From an uncultured bacterium (GTDB lineage Bacteria; Patescibacteriota; Saccharimonadia; UBA4664), in NCBI GenBank assembly GCA_963740635.1, contig CAVUEQ010000001.1, positions 337,026 through 401,025 on the forward strand: 64,000 nucleotides of DNA. Direction: 5' to 3'. Numbering within the stretch: position 1 is the stretch's first letter; the number at the start of each line of letters is the position of its first letter. The position numbers were made by a program, and so were the translations under genes. This document shows, one piece after another, positions 62,055 to 64,000 of the stretch. The notes under the pieces were generated by a model. It ran no database searches and was not told where the DNA came from. It was given only the letters and a program-made list of their open reading frames with translations.

Positions 62055-62993
62055 CTAGCCTACCTTCTCCTGGTCGGTGATACCGAGCTCGGCGATCTTC
62101 TCTTTAACTTCTTCATAGGCCTTGGTACCAAAGCCTTTGAGCTCACGGAGCTCGGTGTCGGACAACCGCATCAGGTCCTTGAGGCTCTTGATGTCGTTGT
62201 TGATGAGGGCGTTGGTGGTACGCGGGGTGAAGTTGATTTCCTCGATGCTGATTTTGCTCGAGCCGGGGTCGGCAGCGGCGCCGGTGGCCTGGGCGGCGTC
62301 TTCGGCGGTGAGGTTGCCGGCCACCACGCGGAAGTGCTCCACGAGGATCTCAGCGGCCTGGCGGATGGCTTCGTGAGGTGTGATGGTGCCGTCGGTTTCA
62401 ATTTCCATGACCAGGCGGTCGAGGTCGGTCATTTGGCCGACGCGGGTGTTTTCGACGTTGTAGCGCACACGGGCGATCGGCGAGTAGAGCGCGTCGACGG
62501 CGATCATGCCGACTTCGAGCTTCTCGGTCTCGCGGTTTTCGACCGGCACGTAGCCGCGGCCCTTTTCGACCTTGATTTCCATGCCGAGTTTGGTCTTGGC
62601 GTCGTCGAGGGTGGCGATGATTTGACCGGGGTTAACAATTTCGACGTCGGCCGTGGTCTTGATGTCGGCGGCGGTGACTTCGCCCTTCTTGGAGGCGGCC
62701 AGCACCAGGTATTGCGGCTCGTCGGAGAACACGCGGAAGCGCAGCTTCTTGAGGTTGAGAATAATCTCGACCACGTCCTCTTTGACGCCGTCGATGGTCG
62801 AGAACTCGTGCGAGACGCTGTCGATCTTGACGGCCGTGACGGCGGCGCCGCCCAGGCTCGAAAGAATGACTCGGCGCAAGCTGTTGCCCAGGGTCATGCC
62901 GTAGCCGGAATGCAGCGGCTCGACCACAAATGTGGCCTTGTTGCCTTCCTCTCGTACGGGCTTGAGCTCGGGGAGCTGAATCGGGTGTAACAC
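62055..62993 (-). CDS. rpoA: DNA-directed RNA polymerase alpha subunit
   Basis: ..[24 protein letters not shown].., C-terminal domain ..[20 protein letters not shown].. Confidence 0.95.
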   Translation of the reverse strand: [312 protein letters not shown]

Positions 62994-63008
62994 TTTGGTC
63001 GTCCTTCC

Positions 63009-63623
63009 TTACCTTGAATAAAATTCGATGATTAATTGCTCGTGAATCTCTTTGGTGATGTCCTCCCGGGCCGGGAGCCCGGTGACTTTGCCGGAGAGTT
63101 TCTTGGGGTCAAATGTCAGCCAGCGGACCTGAGAATTACCGGAAAGCTCGGCTGAGACTACAGTGAAATAGGCGTTTTTGGCGCTCTTGGGCCGGACCGT
63201 GAACTCGTCGCCGGGACCCAGCAGGATCGAAGGGATGTCGACCCGGCGGCCGTTGAGCATAAAGTGGCCGTGGGTAACCAGCTGGCGGGCCGACTGGCGG
63301 CTGGGGGCGAGGCCGAGGCGGTAAACGGCGTTGTCGAAGCGCTGCTCCAGCAGGGTGAGCAAAATGTCGCCGGTGTTGCCGGTGCGGCGTTCGGCGGTGT
63401 GCACGACCTTGGCAAACTGCTTCTCGAGCAGGCCGTACATGCGCTTCACCATCTGCTTCTGGCGCAGCTGCAACGCGTACTGGCTGGGCTTGCTGCGGCC
63501 GGCGTTGGGGCCGTGCTGGCCGGGCTTGTAGGGGTGCTTGGTGATACCCTTAATGGCCTTGGGGTGCAAAGCGACGGCTTCGCGGCGGCTCTGCTTAACG
63601 ATGGGGGTAAAATTGCGTGCCAT
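63009..63623 (-). CDS. rpsD: 30S ribosomal protein S4
   Basis: Trimmed to MARNFTPIVKQSRREAVAL.. (ATG 63621-63623). ..LEQRFDNAVYRLGLAPSRQSARQLVTHGHFMLNGRRVDIPS.. Confidence 0.95.
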   Translation of the reverse strand: MARNFTPIVKQSRREAVALHPKAIKGITKHPYKPGQHGPNAGRSKPSQYALQLRQKQMVKRMYGLLEKQFAKVVHTAERRTGNTGDILLTLLEQRFDNAVYRLGLAPSRQSARQLVTHGHFMLNGRRVDIPSILLGPGDEFTVRPKSAKNAYFTVVSAELSGNSQVRWLTFDPKKLSGKVTGLPAREDITKEIHEQLIIEFYSR

Positions 63624-63633
63624 TAGTCTGCTC

Positions 63634-64000
63634 CTATACCCTTCTCGCCTTGCGCGGGCGGCAGCCGCCATGGGGAATACCGGTGACGTCTTTGATGCTG
63701 GAAACGGCGATGCCCATAGTGGTGAGCGCGCGGATGGCCGACTCGCGGCCGCTGCCGACACCGTTTACCAGTACGTCGACGCGGCTGAGGCCAAAATCTT
63801 TGGCGGCGGTGGCGGCGCGTTCGGCTGCGGTCTGGGCGGCATACGGCGTGCTCTTCCTGCTGCCTTTGAAGCCGGAACTTCCGGCGCTCGCCCAAGACAG
63901 CGCGTTGCCGCGCTCGTCGGTGAAGGTGACGATGGTGTTGTTGAAGGTCGCCTGCACGTGCATTTGTCCGGCGGCAACCGAACGCTTGACCTTGCGGCGG
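63634..64000 (-). CDS. rpsK: 30S ribosomal protein S11 (5' end beyond the right edge)
   Basis: ..[56 protein letters not shown]..; the frame is open to position 64000. Confidence 0.9.
   Translation of the reverse strand, partial: RRKVKRSVAAGQMHVQATFNNTIVTFTDERGNALSWASAGSSGFKGSRKSTPYAAQTAAERAATAAKDFGLSRVDVLVNGVGSGRESAIRALTTMGIAVSSIKDVTGIPHGGCRPRKARRV

Overview
This is a GC-rich, almost fully coding bacterial chromosome segment. Most genes are on the minus strand and many junctions are 1-30 nt overlaps.

Housekeeping content:
- Ribosomal and transcription genes: rpsK(partial)-rpsD-rpoA-rplQ-rplM-rpsI, a broken secE-nusG-rplK-rplA ... rplJ-rplL cluster, and rpmG.
- Replication and repair: dnaX, dnaB, holB, recR, ybaB, and a UvrA paralogue.
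- Translation: cysS, aspS (archaeal type), typA, rluD.
- Five tRNAs: Gln, Trp, Thr-GGT, Tyr, Thr-TGT.

Other modules:
- A compact locus holding the whole thymidylate cycle: glyA, an NDT-like gene, tmk and a dCMP-deaminase-like gene on the minus strand, facing a thyA-like gene, a DHFR-family gene and dcd on the plus strand.
- A GtrA/GT39/GT2/GT39 glycosylation cluster.
- Three histidine kinases but only one receiver-only response regulator.
- Several transporters.

Accessory signals:
- Two 100% identical 884-bp IS1595-family copies, each with its own 9-bp target duplication.
- A lower-GC ~1.9-kb segment next to tRNA-Gln, bounded by imperfect direct repeats that include the tRNA 3' end.
- mazEF, and a single-ORF antitoxin-RelE fusion.
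- An orphan class II DAHP synthase.
- A ~595-bp non-coding region with nested perfect inverted repeats.

The most unusual molecular observation is that the ThyA homologue carries Asp where all characterised thymidylate synthases have the uracil-selecting Asn.

Gene sizes, overlaps and content suggest a reduced-genome lineage (Patescibacteria/CPR-like), but that is inference only.

The supplied ORF track counts GTG and TTG as starts. I therefore trimmed many N-termini to internal starts where the extension was Arg/Pro/Ser-rich or overlapped a neighbouring gene or tRNA. No CRISPR array or rRNA was seen.
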